Source of the DNA: an uncultured delta proteobacterium
Lineage (GTDB): Bacteria > Myxococcota_A > Polyangia > Haliangiales > Haliangiaceae
Assembly (NCBI GenBank): GCA_963848295.1
Contig: CAWKDB010000010.1
Location: forward strand, 1,184,001-1,248,000
Direction: 5' to 3'
DNA: 64,000 nt
The position numbers and the translations under genes are program-made. Below the pieces are notes generated by a model. That model did not search any database, was not told the DNA's origin, and was given only the letters and a program-made list of their open reading frames with translations. Below, one piece after another: positions 20,728-30,684 of the stretch. Within the stretch, counting starts at the first letter, position 1; each line of letters starts with the position of its first letter.

Positions 20728-23700
20728 GTGGCAGTGTCCGAGGGTGGACTCGGGCGGTTCGTCGGAGACCGCTATCACATCGTGCGCGAGCTCGGGCGCG
20801 GCGGCATGGGCGTGGTCTACCTCGGGCGCGACCTGCGGCGCGATATGGACGTCGCGATCAAGGTCCGCGGCCAGCTCCATCACGACGCGACGCTGTGGCT
20901 CAAGCGCGAGTTCCGTGCGGTCGCCTCGCTGCGCCACCGCAACCTCGTCGAGCTCTACGAGCTGGTCGCCCACGAGGGCAGCTGCTACTTCACGATGGAG
21001 TACCTGCCCGGCGTCGATCCGCGGCGCTGGGTCGAGCGCGCGGTCGAGGTCGCGTGGCCGCCGGGCAGCTCGGATCGCACGACGCACTCGGCGGTGCCGA
21101 TCCAGGAAGCGCGCACCGAGGTCTCGCTCGCGCAGGCCGCCGAGGCCGCCCAGGTCGCGCGCCGGCCGGCGCCGGTCGTCGACTTCGCGCGCCTCCGCAT
21201 CGTGCTCGCGCAGCTCGCCGAGGGCCTCGCGTTTCTCCATGCGCGCGGCGTGATTCATCGCGACGTCAAGCCCTCGAACGCGATCGTGCTCGAGGACGGG
21301 TCGGTCAAGTTGCTCGACTTCGGGCTCGCGCTCGAGCGCCGGCGCGCGGTGGAGGATCTGTCGCGCGAGACGAAGATCGTCGGCACCGCGGCGTACCTCG
21401 CGCCCGAGTACGTCGAACGGCTCGACGTCTCGCCGGCGATGGACGCCTACGCGCTAGGCGTGCTCGCGTTCGAGCTCGCGACCGGTGCACCGCCCTTTGG
21501 CGGCACGATGCGGCTGTTGTCGCGGCTGAGCACGCCGCTCGCGGTGCCGCGCGCCTCGACGATCGCCGCCTCGATTCCGCCCGAGCTCGACGATCTGATC
21601 GCCGATCTCTTGGGCGCGGATCCGGCGACGCGACCGAGTGCCGACGATGTCGTCGCGCGGCTGACCGGCAACGTGTCGCGGCCGCGCGTGCCGGCGCACG
21701 AGGCGCGGTTCGTCGGCCGCGTGGACGAGCTCGCTCGGCTCGAAGAACTGCTCGCCGATCGGACACCGCGCGGTCGGCTCGTGGTCTTGCGCGGACCCTC
21801 AGGCGCCGGCAAGTCCGCGCTCACCGATGCGGCGGTCGCGCGCGCTCGCGGCGCGCTCGCCTGGCGCGGGCGATGTCACGAACGCGAGCGTGTGCCATAT
21901 CGCGCGTTCGATCTGATCATCGACGACCTCGCGACGACGCTCGCCGATCTGCACGATGCCGGGCGCGCGATCGAGCACGCCGCCGCGGTGGCCCGGGTGT
22001 TTCCGACGCTCGCACCGGCGCTCGGCGCGGCGCACGCCAACGAGCCTGCGGCCGGTGACCTGCGCGTCGAGCGCGACCGCGCGCTGATCGCGATGACTCA
22101 GTTGTTCGGCGAGTTGTTGGGCGACGCACCGGGCGTGATCACGATCGAAGATCTGCAATGGGCCGATGACGATAGCCTCGAGCTGCTCGCACTGATCGTC
22201 GAACGGATCGCGCGCCCGCTGACCGTGATCGCGTCGTGGACGCTCGAGGCCGCCGGCGCAGAGCCCGCCGGGCTGTCCGCGATCCGGACCCGGCTCGGCG
22301 AAGCCGCCAGCGTGATCGAGCTCGCCGCGATGCCCGAAGCCGAGCTCGGCGAGTTGATCGCGGAGCTCGCGCCGCAACTGCCGACCGCGCAGATCGCTAC
22401 CGCGGCCCGGCTCGCCGCCGGGAGCCCGTATCTCGCCGAGCTGATCGGCCGCGAGCTCGCGACGACCGACGTCGCGGAGGTCGGCGACGCGGAGGTCGCC
22501 GAGATCCGTCGGCTCGCGCGCCTCGCCGGACGCGAACGCGCCGTCGCCGAGGTCGCGGCGCTCGCGGGCGGCACCGTCGGATTCGAGCAGCTGCGCGCGC
22601 TCGCCCAGCTCTCCGCGGCGCAGTTGCAATCGGTGCTGCGCGGCCTCGAGCAAGAGCGAATCGTGCGCGCGATGCCGGCGGCGAGCGGCGACGCGGTCTA
22701 CGGCTTCTATCACCAGCGCCTGCGCGATGCGGCGCATGCGGCGATGTCGGCCGAGGCTCGTCGCAAGCTCCACCGGCGCTTCGCCGCATGGCACGACAAG
22801 CACGGCGCGGATAAAGTGGCCCTCGCGTATCACTGGGGCGAAGCGGGCGAAGCCGCGCTCGCTGCGCGGGCCGCGCTCGCCGCCGGTGACGCCGCTCGCG
22901 CTCAGCTCGCTTGGGCACTCGCCGAGGATTGGTACGCGCGCGCGCTCGCGTTCGGCGCGCTCGATCCCGCGGGGACGAACGCCGCCCGCGCGGGTCGCGC
23001 CGAGTGTCTGTTTCTCGCCGGCCGGCTCGCGGCCGCGGCCGATCAGCTCGAGGCGCTCGCCGAGCCAGGCGCGGCCGGCGATCATTGGCGCGTGCGCGCC
23101 GCCGAAGCGCGGATCAAGCTTGGCGAGCTCGACCGCGGCCTCGCGTTGCTCGACGGTGTCCTCGCGCGCCGCGGTCAGCCTCGGACGCGGGTCCGCGCGA
23201 TCTCGGCGTTGCGCGCGATCGCGGTCGCGGCGCGCTGGCTCGTCCCGACCGGCCGCACGCCGAAGCCACCCGCGGTGGACGGACGCGGCGTGTCGCCGGC
23301 CGGCAGCGCCGCCGCCGCCCGGCACGGTTCCGGAGACGATGTGCTCGCCGCCGCGTATCGCGTGATCGCGAGCTTCATGTCGACCCCGCAGCCGATCGAG
23401 TCGCTCGAGTACGTGCTGCGCGGCGTCGTGCTCGCCGAGCGCTCCGGCGATCGAGCGGCCCACGGCATGGGCATGGCGATGCTCGGCGCGTATCTCGCGA
23501 CCGGCTCGCTCGGCCGGTTCGGCGATCGCGCGATCGCGCGCGCCCACGAGCTGTCCGCGCATAGTGATTCGCCCTACCCGCACATGGTCGCGTCGGGTGC
23601 GACCGGCATCCTCGCGACGCTGCGCGGCAACTGGGACGCGATGCGATCGGCACATGAAGCGGCGGAAGCGATCTGCCATCGGCTCGGACTCGAGCGCTCG

Positions 23701-24396
23701 TGGGAAGCGTCGTTCCTGCGCACGTACTGGGCGCTCGGCGAGTACTACGCCGGCGAGCCGACCCGGGCGCTGCACATGCTGGGCGAGCTCGCCGAGGCGA
23801 GCGAAGATCTGATCTCGCGCGCGATGCTCGGCAGCTTCCGCGGCCGCGCGCTCGTGCTCGACGGCGACCTCGCCGCGGCCCGCGCGGCCGAACGCGAGCT
23901 TGCACACGAATCCGCCGCGCGCCACGGGCTCGCGTCGATCTATCGCCAGGTGTTCTCCGGCGAGCTCGCGCTCGCCGAACGCGACTGGAGCCGCGCCATC
24001 GCGGTCGGGTGCGAGCTGGCGGCGAACGCGCGCGCGCAGTGGCTATCCGCGATGCCGGCGGTGTCGGCGATGATCGACGTGCTGCTCGCGACCGCAGAGA
24101 TCGGCGCCGGCGGTCGCGCGTCGGCCAAGCGCGCCCGCGACCGGGCTCGCGGCTTGGTGCGTCGCAGCCGCGTTTCGTTCTACGCGGCGACCGCGCTGCG
24201 GTTGTGGAGCCAAGCCGAGGCGCGACTCGAGCGCCCGGTCCATGCGCGGCAGTTGTTGGCTCGCGCTGCGGTCGTCGCGAACGAACGCGGCGGCAAGCTC
24301 GATCGGCTCGCGATCGCCGCGCTCGCCGGCGAAGCTCATGACCCCGGACGGCTCGCAGCGGCGATCACGTGGTCCACAGGTGGAGTGATTCTATGA
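20728..24396 (+). CDS. Ser/Thr protein kinase fused to an AAA/STAND ATPase and helical repeats
   Basis: LGRGGMG, VAIK, HRDVKPSN, DFG, APE; FVGR..EL; Walker A GPSGAGKS; Walker B IEDLQWAD. Confidence 0.92.
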   Translation: MAVSEGGLGRFVGDRYHIVRELGRGGMGVVYLGRDLRRDMDVAIKVRGQLHHDATLWLKREFRAVASLRHRNLVELYELVAHEGSCYFTMEYLPGVDPRRWVERAVEVAWPPGSSDRTTHSAVPIQEARTEVSLAQAAEAAQVARRPAPVVDFARLRIVLAQLAEGLAFLHARGVIHRDVKPSNAIVLEDGSVKLLDFGLALERRRAVEDLSRETKIVGTAAYLAPEYVERLDVSPAMDAYALGVLAFELATGAPPFGGTMRLLSRLSTPLAVPRASTIAASIPPELDDLIADLLGADPATRPSADDVVARLTGNVSRPRVPAHEARFVGRVDELARLEELLADRTPRGRLVVLRGPSGAGKSALTDAAVARARGALAWRGRCHERERVPYRAFDLIIDDLATTLADLHDAGRAIEHAAAVARVFPTLAPALGAAHANEPAAGDLRVERDRALIAMTQLFGELLGDAPGVITIEDLQWADDDSLELLALIVERIARPLTVIASWTLEAAGAEPAGLSAIRTRLGEAASVIELAAMPEAELGELIAELAPQLPTAQIATAARLAAGSPYLAELIGRELATTDVAEVGDAEVAEIRRLARLAGRERAVAEVAALAGGTVGFEQLRALAQLSAAQLQSVLRGLEQERIVRAMPAASGDAVYGFYHQRLRDAAHAAMSAEARRKLHRRFAAWHDKHGADKVALAYHWGEAGEAALAARAALAAGDAARAQLAWALAEDWYARALAFGALDPAGTNAARAGRAECLFLAGRLAAAADQLEALAEPGAAGDHWRVRAAEARIKLGELDRGLALLDGVLARRGQPRTRVRAISALRAIAVAARWLVPTGRTPKPPAVDGRGVSPAGSAAAARHGSGDDVLAAAYRVIASFMSTPQPIESLEYVLRGVVLAERSGDRAAHGMGMAMLGAYLATGSLGRFGDRAIARAHELSAHSDSPYPHMVASGATGILATLRGNWDAMRSAHEAAEAICHRLGLERSWEASFLRTYWALGEYYAGEPTRALHMLGELAEASEDLISRAMLGSFRGRALVLDGDLAAARAAERELAHESAARHGLASIYRQVFSGELALAERDWSRAIAVGCELAANARAQWLSAMPAVSAMIDVLLATAEIGAGGRASAKRARDRARGLVRRSRVSFYAATALRLWSQAEARLERPVHARQLLARAAVVANERGGKLDRLAIAALAGEAHDPGRLAAAITWSTGGVIL

Positions 24397-26189
24397 CCTC
24401 AGCCCTCATCATCGGCGGCGGTGTCGCCGGCCTCACCGTCGCCCACGAGCTCGTCGAGCGCGGCTTCACCGTCGATGTCTACGACGTGCGGCCGACGTGG
24501 GGCGGCAAGGCGCGTTCGCAGCCGGTCGTCGGCTCCGGCGCCGGATCGCGCCAGGATCTGCCCGGCGAGCACGGCTTCCGGTTTTACCCGCGGTTCTACA
24601 AGCACGTCATCGATACGATGGCGCGCACCCCGCTCGCAGGCGGCGGTCACGTCGTCGATCGCCTGCGCGCGACGACCGAGAGTGCGATCGCGTTGGTCGA
24701 CAGCACGACGTGGTACCGGTTTCCGCGGCGCGAGGTGACGACGCCGTACGACGTCATGTCGGCGCTCGAGCTGTTCTTTCAGGACCTGGACTTCGACGAC
24801 GGCGACATCGCGCTGTTTTCGGCGAAGGTCCTGGAGTTCTTCACGTCGAGCGACGAGCGCCGGCTCGGCGAGTACGAGCAGATGTCGTGGTGGGACTTTC
24901 TCGACGGCGACAACTACTCCGCGAACTTCCAGCGCCAGCTACGCGCGGTGCCGCACACGATGGTCGCGATGGACCCGAAGCACGGCTCGGCGCGCACGGT
25001 CGGCACGATCTCGATGCAGCTGATCCTCGACTTCGCCTCGAACGGCTCGACGAACGATCGCACGATGGGCGGACCGACGACCGAGATGTGGATCGAGCCC
25101 TGGACGACGTATCTCCAGTCGCGCGGTGTCAATCTCCATGCGGGCACGGCGGTGTCGGCGATCACGGTCGCGGGCGATCGGATCTCGGGCGTCACGATCG
25201 GCGGTTCGACCGTGACCGCCGACTACTACGTGCTCGCGGTGCCGATCGACGCCGCGATCGGCATGATCACGCCGGCGATGGGTGCGCTCGATCCCGTGCT
25301 CGACCGACTGCGCACTCAAGACCCCGACACGCTCGTCTCGTGGATGAGCGGTATCCAGTACTTCCTGTACGAAGACGTGCCGCTGGTCGCGGGGCACACG
25401 TTCTATCCGGACTCGCCGTGGGCGCTGACCACGATCTCGCAGCCGCAGTTCTGGCGCGACCTCGGGCTGTTTCGCCGCCGCTATGGCGACGGCGAGGTCG
25501 GCGGGCTGATCTCGGTCGATATCTCCGACTGGACGACGCCGGGCACGTTCGTGACCAAGCCGGCGAACCAGTGCACGAAGGACGAGATCGCGAAGGAGAT
25601 CTGGGAGCAGCTCAAGGCCGCGCTCAACGGCTCCGCGACCGACGCCAAGACTCTCGACGACTCGCTGCTCGCGTCGTGGCACCTCGATGACGACATCGAC
25701 TACTCCGCCGGCATCCCCCCGATCAATCACTCGCGGCTGCTCGTCCACCCGCCGGGCGCGTGGGCCCTGCGCCCGGATGCGACGACCGCGCTGCCGAACC
25801 TCGTGCTCGCTGCGGACTACGTCCGCACGAACACGAACCTGGCGTCGATGGAGGGCGCGAATGAAGCGGCCCGCCGCGCGGTCAACGCGATCCTCGATCG
25901 GGCGGGCTCGATGGCGCCGCGCGCGCAAGTCTGGCCGTTGACCGAGCCCTCGGAATTCGCGCTCGCGAAGAAGCTCGATGCCTGGTTGTTCAAGCATGGT
26001 CATCGCCACGTGTTCGAGATCCTCGGCCTCGAGGACGGCGCGAAGGCGGCGACGTGGCTACGCCGGTTCGAGCAGGCGATCGGGCTCACTCACCTCGATG
26101 ACCTGTTCAACGAGGACTTCAAGGTCACCGCGATCATGCGGGCTATCCTCGAGAAGCTGGGGATTCCGGCTTCGTCGGTGGGCGAATGA
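24393..26189 (+). CDS. FAD-dependent oxidoreductase (carotenoid desaturase/HpnE-like superfamily)
   Basis: IIGGGVAGL, GGKARS, EHGFRFYP, LAADYV, SMEGANEAARRAVN; ATGA overlap with the kinase. Confidence 0.85.
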   Translation: MTSALIIGGGVAGLTVAHELVERGFTVDVYDVRPTWGGKARSQPVVGSGAGSRQDLPGEHGFRFYPRFYKHVIDTMARTPLAGGGHVVDRLRATTESAIALVDSTTWYRFPRREVTTPYDVMSALELFFQDLDFDDGDIALFSAKVLEFFTSSDERRLGEYEQMSWWDFLDGDNYSANFQRQLRAVPHTMVAMDPKHGSARTVGTISMQLILDFASNGSTNDRTMGGPTTEMWIEPWTTYLQSRGVNLHAGTAVSAITVAGDRISGVTIGGSTVTADYYVLAVPIDAAIGMITPAMGALDPVLDRLRTQDPDTLVSWMSGIQYFLYEDVPLVAGHTFYPDSPWALTTISQPQFWRDLGLFRRRYGDGEVGGLISVDISDWTTPGTFVTKPANQCTKDEIAKEIWEQLKAALNGSATDAKTLDDSLLASWHLDDDIDYSAGIPPINHSRLLVHPPGAWALRPDATTALPNLVLAADYVRTNTNLASMEGANEAARRAVNAILDRAGSMAPRAQVWPLTEPSEFALAKKLDAWLFKHGHRHVFEILGLEDGAKAATWLRRFEQAIGLTHLDDLFNEDFKVTAIMRAILEKLGIPASSVGE

Positions 26190-26517
26190 CCACGACCGCG
26201 CTCGGAGGATCTACATCGCGCTTGCGATCCGATGGCCAGTAGGTCGCCAGGATCTTCTCCGCATTGCCCGCACGCGCCGCGTTCACGCGCTTGACCGCAC
26301 GCCACATCATCCAGCCGGTGAACAGCGCGATCGCCGCGCCGATGCCGAGCAACCGCCAGCGATACTCCCAGCCACGAGGCGCAGGCGCGTTCGACGTCCA
26401 GAACCCGCTCGGTCGGTTCTCGAGGTACTCGTGCGTGGTCGGCGGCTCGGCCGCGGCGATCACGGGCAGCGCGAGCGTCCCGATCAACACCACGAGGCTC
26501 CAGTACAACCTGCGCAT
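26143..26517 (-). CDS. Small membrane protein
   Basis: Signal peptide, RPSGFWTS motif, second TM helix; GAGGG upstream. Confidence 0.65.
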   Translation of the reverse strand: MRRLYWSLVVLIGTLALPVIAAAEPPTTHEYLENRPSGFWTSNAPAPRGWEYRWRLLGIGAAIALFTGWMMWRAVKRVNAARAGNAEKILATYWPSDRKRDVDPPSAVVVIRPPTKPESPASRG

Positions 26518-26603
26518 CTGGCCCTCTCTTACCAGATCGCGGGTTGCTCTGGGGAGGCCTTCGCGATCTGCGTCAGCGCGCCGCAGGCGCCCTGGTCGCC
26601 CTC

Positions 26604-28904
26604 TTACGGCTTCTTGCCGTGGTGCTTGCGGTCGGGTTTCGAATGGGCCTTCTTGAGATCGATCGTGCCATCCGACTTCGCGAGCGGATTCGTCGGGCGC
26701 GCGTTCTTGATCGCCTTCTTCACGCGCTTCAAGCACTCCTCTTCGGTCTCGGTGTCATCCTTCGCGAACACGAGCGGCGTCGCCATCGCCTTGTCGTATT
26801 CCTCTTGGGTCAGGCGATCGCGCTTGAGCATGATGCCGAGGATTCGCTCGATCTTGCCCGACGTCCACTTCGTCAACGTGCCGGCGCAGTATTGACGATA
26901 GCGATCCTTCGGGTTCGGCAAGATCGACGAAAAGAACGCCGCCTCGACGGGATTGAGGTCCTTCGCTGCTTTGCCGAAGTAGTGCTCCGCCGCCGGACCG
27001 ATGCCGTACAGCCGCGGGCCGTATTCGATCACGTTGAGATAGATCTCCATGATCCGATCCTTGGTCAGCGTGTTCTCGATGTGCCACGTGAGGAACAGCT
27101 CCTGCAGCTTGCGCGCGAGTGTCTTCTCCGGCGTGAGCAGCACGTTCTTCACGGTCTGCATCGTGATCGACGACGCACCGTAGGCGAACTTGCACGCCTT
27201 GAGGTTCGTGACGAGCGCGCTCTTGAACTCGCTCGTGATAAACCCGTGGTGGCGATAGAACTCCGAGTCCTCGGTCGACATGATCGACTTCACGAGATAC
27301 GGCGAGATCTGATCGAGCGGCACGAAGTCGGGGTTCGTCGGTCCGACGATAAACGACATCCACTCGCCCTTCTCGACCTCGACGTAGTGCTCGAACTCAT
27401 CTTTGAGCCGCTTCGGTGAGTCGGCGGGCTCGTCGACGACGCGGCAGTGGTTGATCCCGACGTGACCATCGAGCACCGTCGCGTCGAGATCCCGCCAATC
27501 GATGTCGAGGTGGACGTCGGCGTCGAACACGCCGCGCAGCCGATACCCGGCCATGTACGGCGCCATCTCGGTCGGGATCGCGGTGAGCACGCGCTGGCAA
27601 TCGATCGGCGGAATCACGAGCCGGAGCTTCACTTGCTGGAGGTGGTGTGGTGCGGTGCAGCCGGTGGCGAACGGCACATCGGGCGGCGGCAGCTCGCTGA
27701 CGTGCGCCGTCTGGACGATCGTGCCGGTCACGGAGAACGGGATGTTGCGCGTGATGAAGTCGCCGCGCGTCAGCTCGACCGTACGCGTCGCGCGGTCGAA
27801 CGAGCCCTCGATCTGGCCCGACAGATCGAGGTCGTGGACCTCTTTGTCCGCGATCAGCGGGTGGCCGACGTTGAGGCCGCGGAGGTGGAAGCCGCCCGCG
27901 AACTTCACGCCCGCGCGATCGAGATCGAGGTGGAGGGTCGTGTCGATCGATGTCGATTGGTAGTCGACGACGCCCGAGTGCGCGAGGATCGGCGCGAGGC
28001 GATCGAGCTGAAACTTCTCGGCTTCGAGATCGATCGACGCGGTCAGCGCTTGCGGATCGAGCTCACCCTTGGCGGTCCATAACGCGCCTGGTACCCCGCC
28101 ATAACCGCCGGCGACGTCGAGCGCGTACTCGCCCGGATGGGTCGGATCGGCGATCAGCTTGCCGGTGATGCCCGATAGCGCGAGCTGCGGATATAGCGAG
28201 AGCTCGCCGCCCTCGACCGTGAGGACCGGCGGCTCGCCGACCTGCTTCGCGATCGTGACCGTCGTCGCCGCCGCTTTCGGCGCCGCCACCGTCGTCGCGG
28301 TCACCGAGCGCGCGTGCACGGTCAGTTGTTGCGGCGTCCAGACCGCGTCGCCGTCGCCGACGAGCGCGGTCGCCCCGGTGAGCTCGTCGTTCGCGAGCAG
28401 CCGCGCGTGCGTGACGTCGATCCTCGTGGGTCGCGGACCACTGTCACCGCCGGTCGCGCCGGCAGCTTTCGAACGCAGCCGCGCGATCACGTCGCGCAAG
28501 TTGTCGGTGCCATCGCCGCGCCGCCGCACCGTGACCGTCACGCCGTCGACCCGCACGGCGCCGAGCTCGATCGAACCGACGAGTGAATGCCAGGCATCGA
28601 AGTCGACGTCGATGCGATCGACGTGAACGAGCGGCGTATCGCCGTCGAGCGGACCGCGCACCTCGACATCGTGGATCACGGCGTGACCCAGACCGACATC
28701 GATCGCGCCGAGCCGTACGTCGCGGCCGAGCTTCACCGCGAGCCTCGTGCCGAGCTTGCCGCGGATCATCCACGCGCCGACCCGCGGGTAGATCCCGAAC
28801 AGCAGCAGCACGACGAGCGCGGCGACCCCGAACAGGCTCGCGCCGAGGACGATCAGCCGGCGGCGGTGCCGCCCGACATGCGTCCCCGACGGCAAGCTGG
28901 CCAT
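26604..28904 (-). CDS. GT51 peptidoglycan transglycosylase with a long beta-rich N-terminal region and no transpeptidase
   Basis: TEDSEFYRHHG, GASSITMQTVKN, RKLQE, KDRIMEIYLN, YGIGPAAEHYFGK; one N-terminal TM. Confidence 0.85.
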   Translation of the reverse strand: MASLPSGTHVGRHRRRLIVLGASLFGVAALVVLLLFGIYPRVGAWMIRGKLGTRLAVKLGRDVRLGAIDVGLGHAVIHDVEVRGPLDGDTPLVHVDRIDVDFDAWHSLVGSIELGAVRVDGVTVTVRRRGDGTDNLRDVIARLRSKAAGATGGDSGPRPTRIDVTHARLLANDELTGATALVGDGDAVWTPQQLTVHARSVTATTVAAPKAAATTVTIAKQVGEPPVLTVEGGELSLYPQLALSGITGKLIADPTHPGEYALDVAGGYGGVPGALWTAKGELDPQALTASIDLEAEKFQLDRLAPILAHSGVVDYQSTSIDTTLHLDLDRAGVKFAGGFHLRGLNVGHPLIADKEVHDLDLSGQIEGSFDRATRTVELTRGDFITRNIPFSVTGTIVQTAHVSELPPPDVPFATGCTAPHHLQQVKLRLVIPPIDCQRVLTAIPTEMAPYMAGYRLRGVFDADVHLDIDWRDLDATVLDGHVGINHCRVVDEPADSPKRLKDEFEHYVEVEKGEWMSFIVGPTNPDFVPLDQISPYLVKSIMSTEDSEFYRHHGFITSEFKSALVTNLKACKFAYGASSITMQTVKNVLLTPEKTLARKLQELFLTWHIENTLTKDRIMEIYLNVIEYGPRLYGIGPAAEHYFGKAAKDLNPVEAAFFSSILPNPKDRYRQYCAGTLTKWTSGKIERILGIMLKRDRLTQEEYDKAMATPLVFAKDDTETEEECLKRVKKAIKNARPTNPLAKSDGTIDLKKAHSKPDRKHHGKKP

Positions 28905-28942
28905 GCGCTCGTATACCAAACTCGCCGGCTCGTCGGGGCGGG

Positions 28943-29386
28943 TTACTTACAGGTCAGCGCGAGGATATGGCCCTCGGCCTTCGCGTTCGACGCGACCCAC
29001 ACCGCCCAGTTGCCCACGGCCAGCGCCTGCTTGACGTCGAGCACGCGCTTGCCGGTGCGATCGTCCATCGTCACGGTCAGCTCGAGTCGCTTGTCGGTGC
29101 GATCGCGGAGCAGGAGCGATGCGCCACCTTGGGCGAGCTTGAGCGTCTGCGCTTTGAGCTTGTCGAGCGACGCGTTGCCGCCCGACAGCTTGTGGAACTC
29201 GGTCCACGCCGAGAGCGGTGGTGTCGTCAGCTTTTTCTCGAGCGCTTTGAGCTCGGCGTCGATCGCCTTCTTGCCGCTCGACGCACCGATCTCGAGGTAG
29301 CTGCAGTCGGCGTCGCCAGCGAACGCGGGCGCGGCGAGCAACGCGGTCGCGACCAGTGTGGCGGCGAGCGACGGACGACAGTTCAT
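28943..29386 (-). CDS. Secreted hypothetical protein
   Basis: Signal peptide; overlaps the anti-sigma stop. Confidence 0.7.
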   Translation of the reverse strand: MNCRPSLAATLVATALLAAPAFAGDADCSYLEIGASSGKKAIDAELKALEKKLTTPPLSAWTEFHKLSGGNASLDKLKAQTLKLAQGGASLLLRDRTDKRLELTVTMDDRTGKRVLDVKQALAVGNWAVWVASNAKAEGHILALTCK

Positions 29387-29910
29387 AGGCCTTCAACACT
29401 ATCCTCTGGCGCGACCCAGATCACGGTCGTGCTCCGTCCATCTGCATCTTGCAAGTGAAACACCGTGCCGGTGCCGCCCGGGGTGTCGAGCGACTCGACC
29501 TCGGCGGGGCGAAATTGTGCGGGCTGAGTGGTGATCGGGTTGACGATCGGGCCACGGCTCGAGCCATCGGGTTGGCTCGGCCGCGCGATGATCGCGATCG
29601 CGGCGACCGCGCCGGCGCTGACCGCGCCCGTGATGATGTGGCTGCGATAGCGATCGAACCACGCAGCCATACGTCCGAGCAGACCGCGCGACTCGCCCGC
29701 CGGCGCGGCCGTCTGCTCGTCGATCCGCCGCCACATCGCCGCGAACTTCGCCTCGGCCACCGCATCGGCGGAGAGCTCGACATGACCGCGCACGAGCTCG
29801 CCGAGCTCCGCGATCGCATCGACCTTCGCCCGTGCTTCACCGGCGGGCACCGCGATGTCGCCACGCTCGCCATCGGCCGCCTGCATGAGCTCCGAATCGC
29901 GCGGGTTCAT
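29383..29910 (-). CDS. Putative anti-sigma factor (one TM)
   Basis: [10 protein letters not shown]-terminus; central TM; coupled to the ECF sigma. Confidence 0.7.
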   Translation of the reverse strand: MNPRDSELMQAADGERGDIAVPAGEARAKVDAIAELGELVRGHVELSADAVAEAKFAAMWRRIDEQTAAPAGESRGLLGRMAAWFDRYRSHIITGAVSAGAVAAIAIIARPSQPDGSSRGPIVNPITTQPAQFRPAEVESLDTPGGTGTVFHLQDADGRSTTVIWVAPEDSVEGL

Positions 29911-30605
29911 CGCGACCTCGCGGCGAGCTCGCCATCATCGTCCGCGTCGGCCTCCGCGTCGTCCGGATCGGTCGCGGTCGCCACGGTGAGGCTCGACTGA
30001 TCGACGAGATCGCTCAGCTGCTTTTGCATGTTGCGCCGCGCGTGAAACAGCCGCGACATGATCGTGCCTTTCGAGCAGCCCATCGCGTCAGCCATCGCCT
30101 CGTACGACAAGCCCTCGAGCTCGCGCATCACGAGCACGGCGCGATGGTTGTCGGACAGCTCGCCGAGCGCGAGGTCGATGCGCGCGCGGATCTCCTTGTC
30201 GAGCAGCGCCCGCCCGGGGTTACCGCCGAGCACGCGCGGCAGGAGGGCCTCGTCCGCGTTCTCGATCGCCTCGTCATCGAGCTCGACCGGGCTCACCCGA
30301 CGGCGCTTGCGGAGCTGATCGATGGCGAGGTTCATGACGATCCGGTACAGCCAGGTGTAGAAGCTCGAGGCGCCCTCGAACTTGTCTAGGTGCTTGTGAG
30401 CCTTGATGAAAGCGTCCTGGACGACGTCGAGCGCGTCGTCTTGGTGGCGAAGAACACCAACGGCGAGCGCGTACGCACGCCGGTGATACCGGTCGAACAG
30501 CGTGCGGAACGCGTCGCGATCGCCGTGTCGAGCGGCGGAAGCCAGCGCGCGATCGTCAACGTCCTCATGCGCCGAAATCGACGCTCGCGGGGCCTCCTTA
30601 TTCAC
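29907..30605 (-). CDS. ECF RNA polymerase sigma factor
   Basis: [32 protein letters not shown]...[11 protein letters not shown]. Confidence 0.95.
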   Translation of the reverse strand: MNKEAPRASISAHEDVDDRALASAARHGDRDAFRTLFDRYHRRAYALAVGVLRHQDDALDVVQDAFIKAHKHLDKFEGASSFYTWLYRIVMNLAIDQLRKRRRVSPVELDDEAIENADEALLPRVLGGNPGRALLDKEIRARIDLALGELSDNHRAVLVMRELEGLSYEAMADAMGCSKGTIMSRLFHARRNMQKQLSDLVDQSSLTVATATDPDDAEADADDDGELAARSR

Positions 30606-30684
30606 GCGCCGACGGTTATATCACCTCGTCCTCGGTCTCCTACCGCCTGCTATGCTGCGGGGGCCGCGCGGCGAAGGCGATATC

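Noticed and set aside
26143..26189. 47-nt convergent overlap of two CDS ends
   Set aside because: Short tail overlaps are common in high-GC genomes; no evidence of function.
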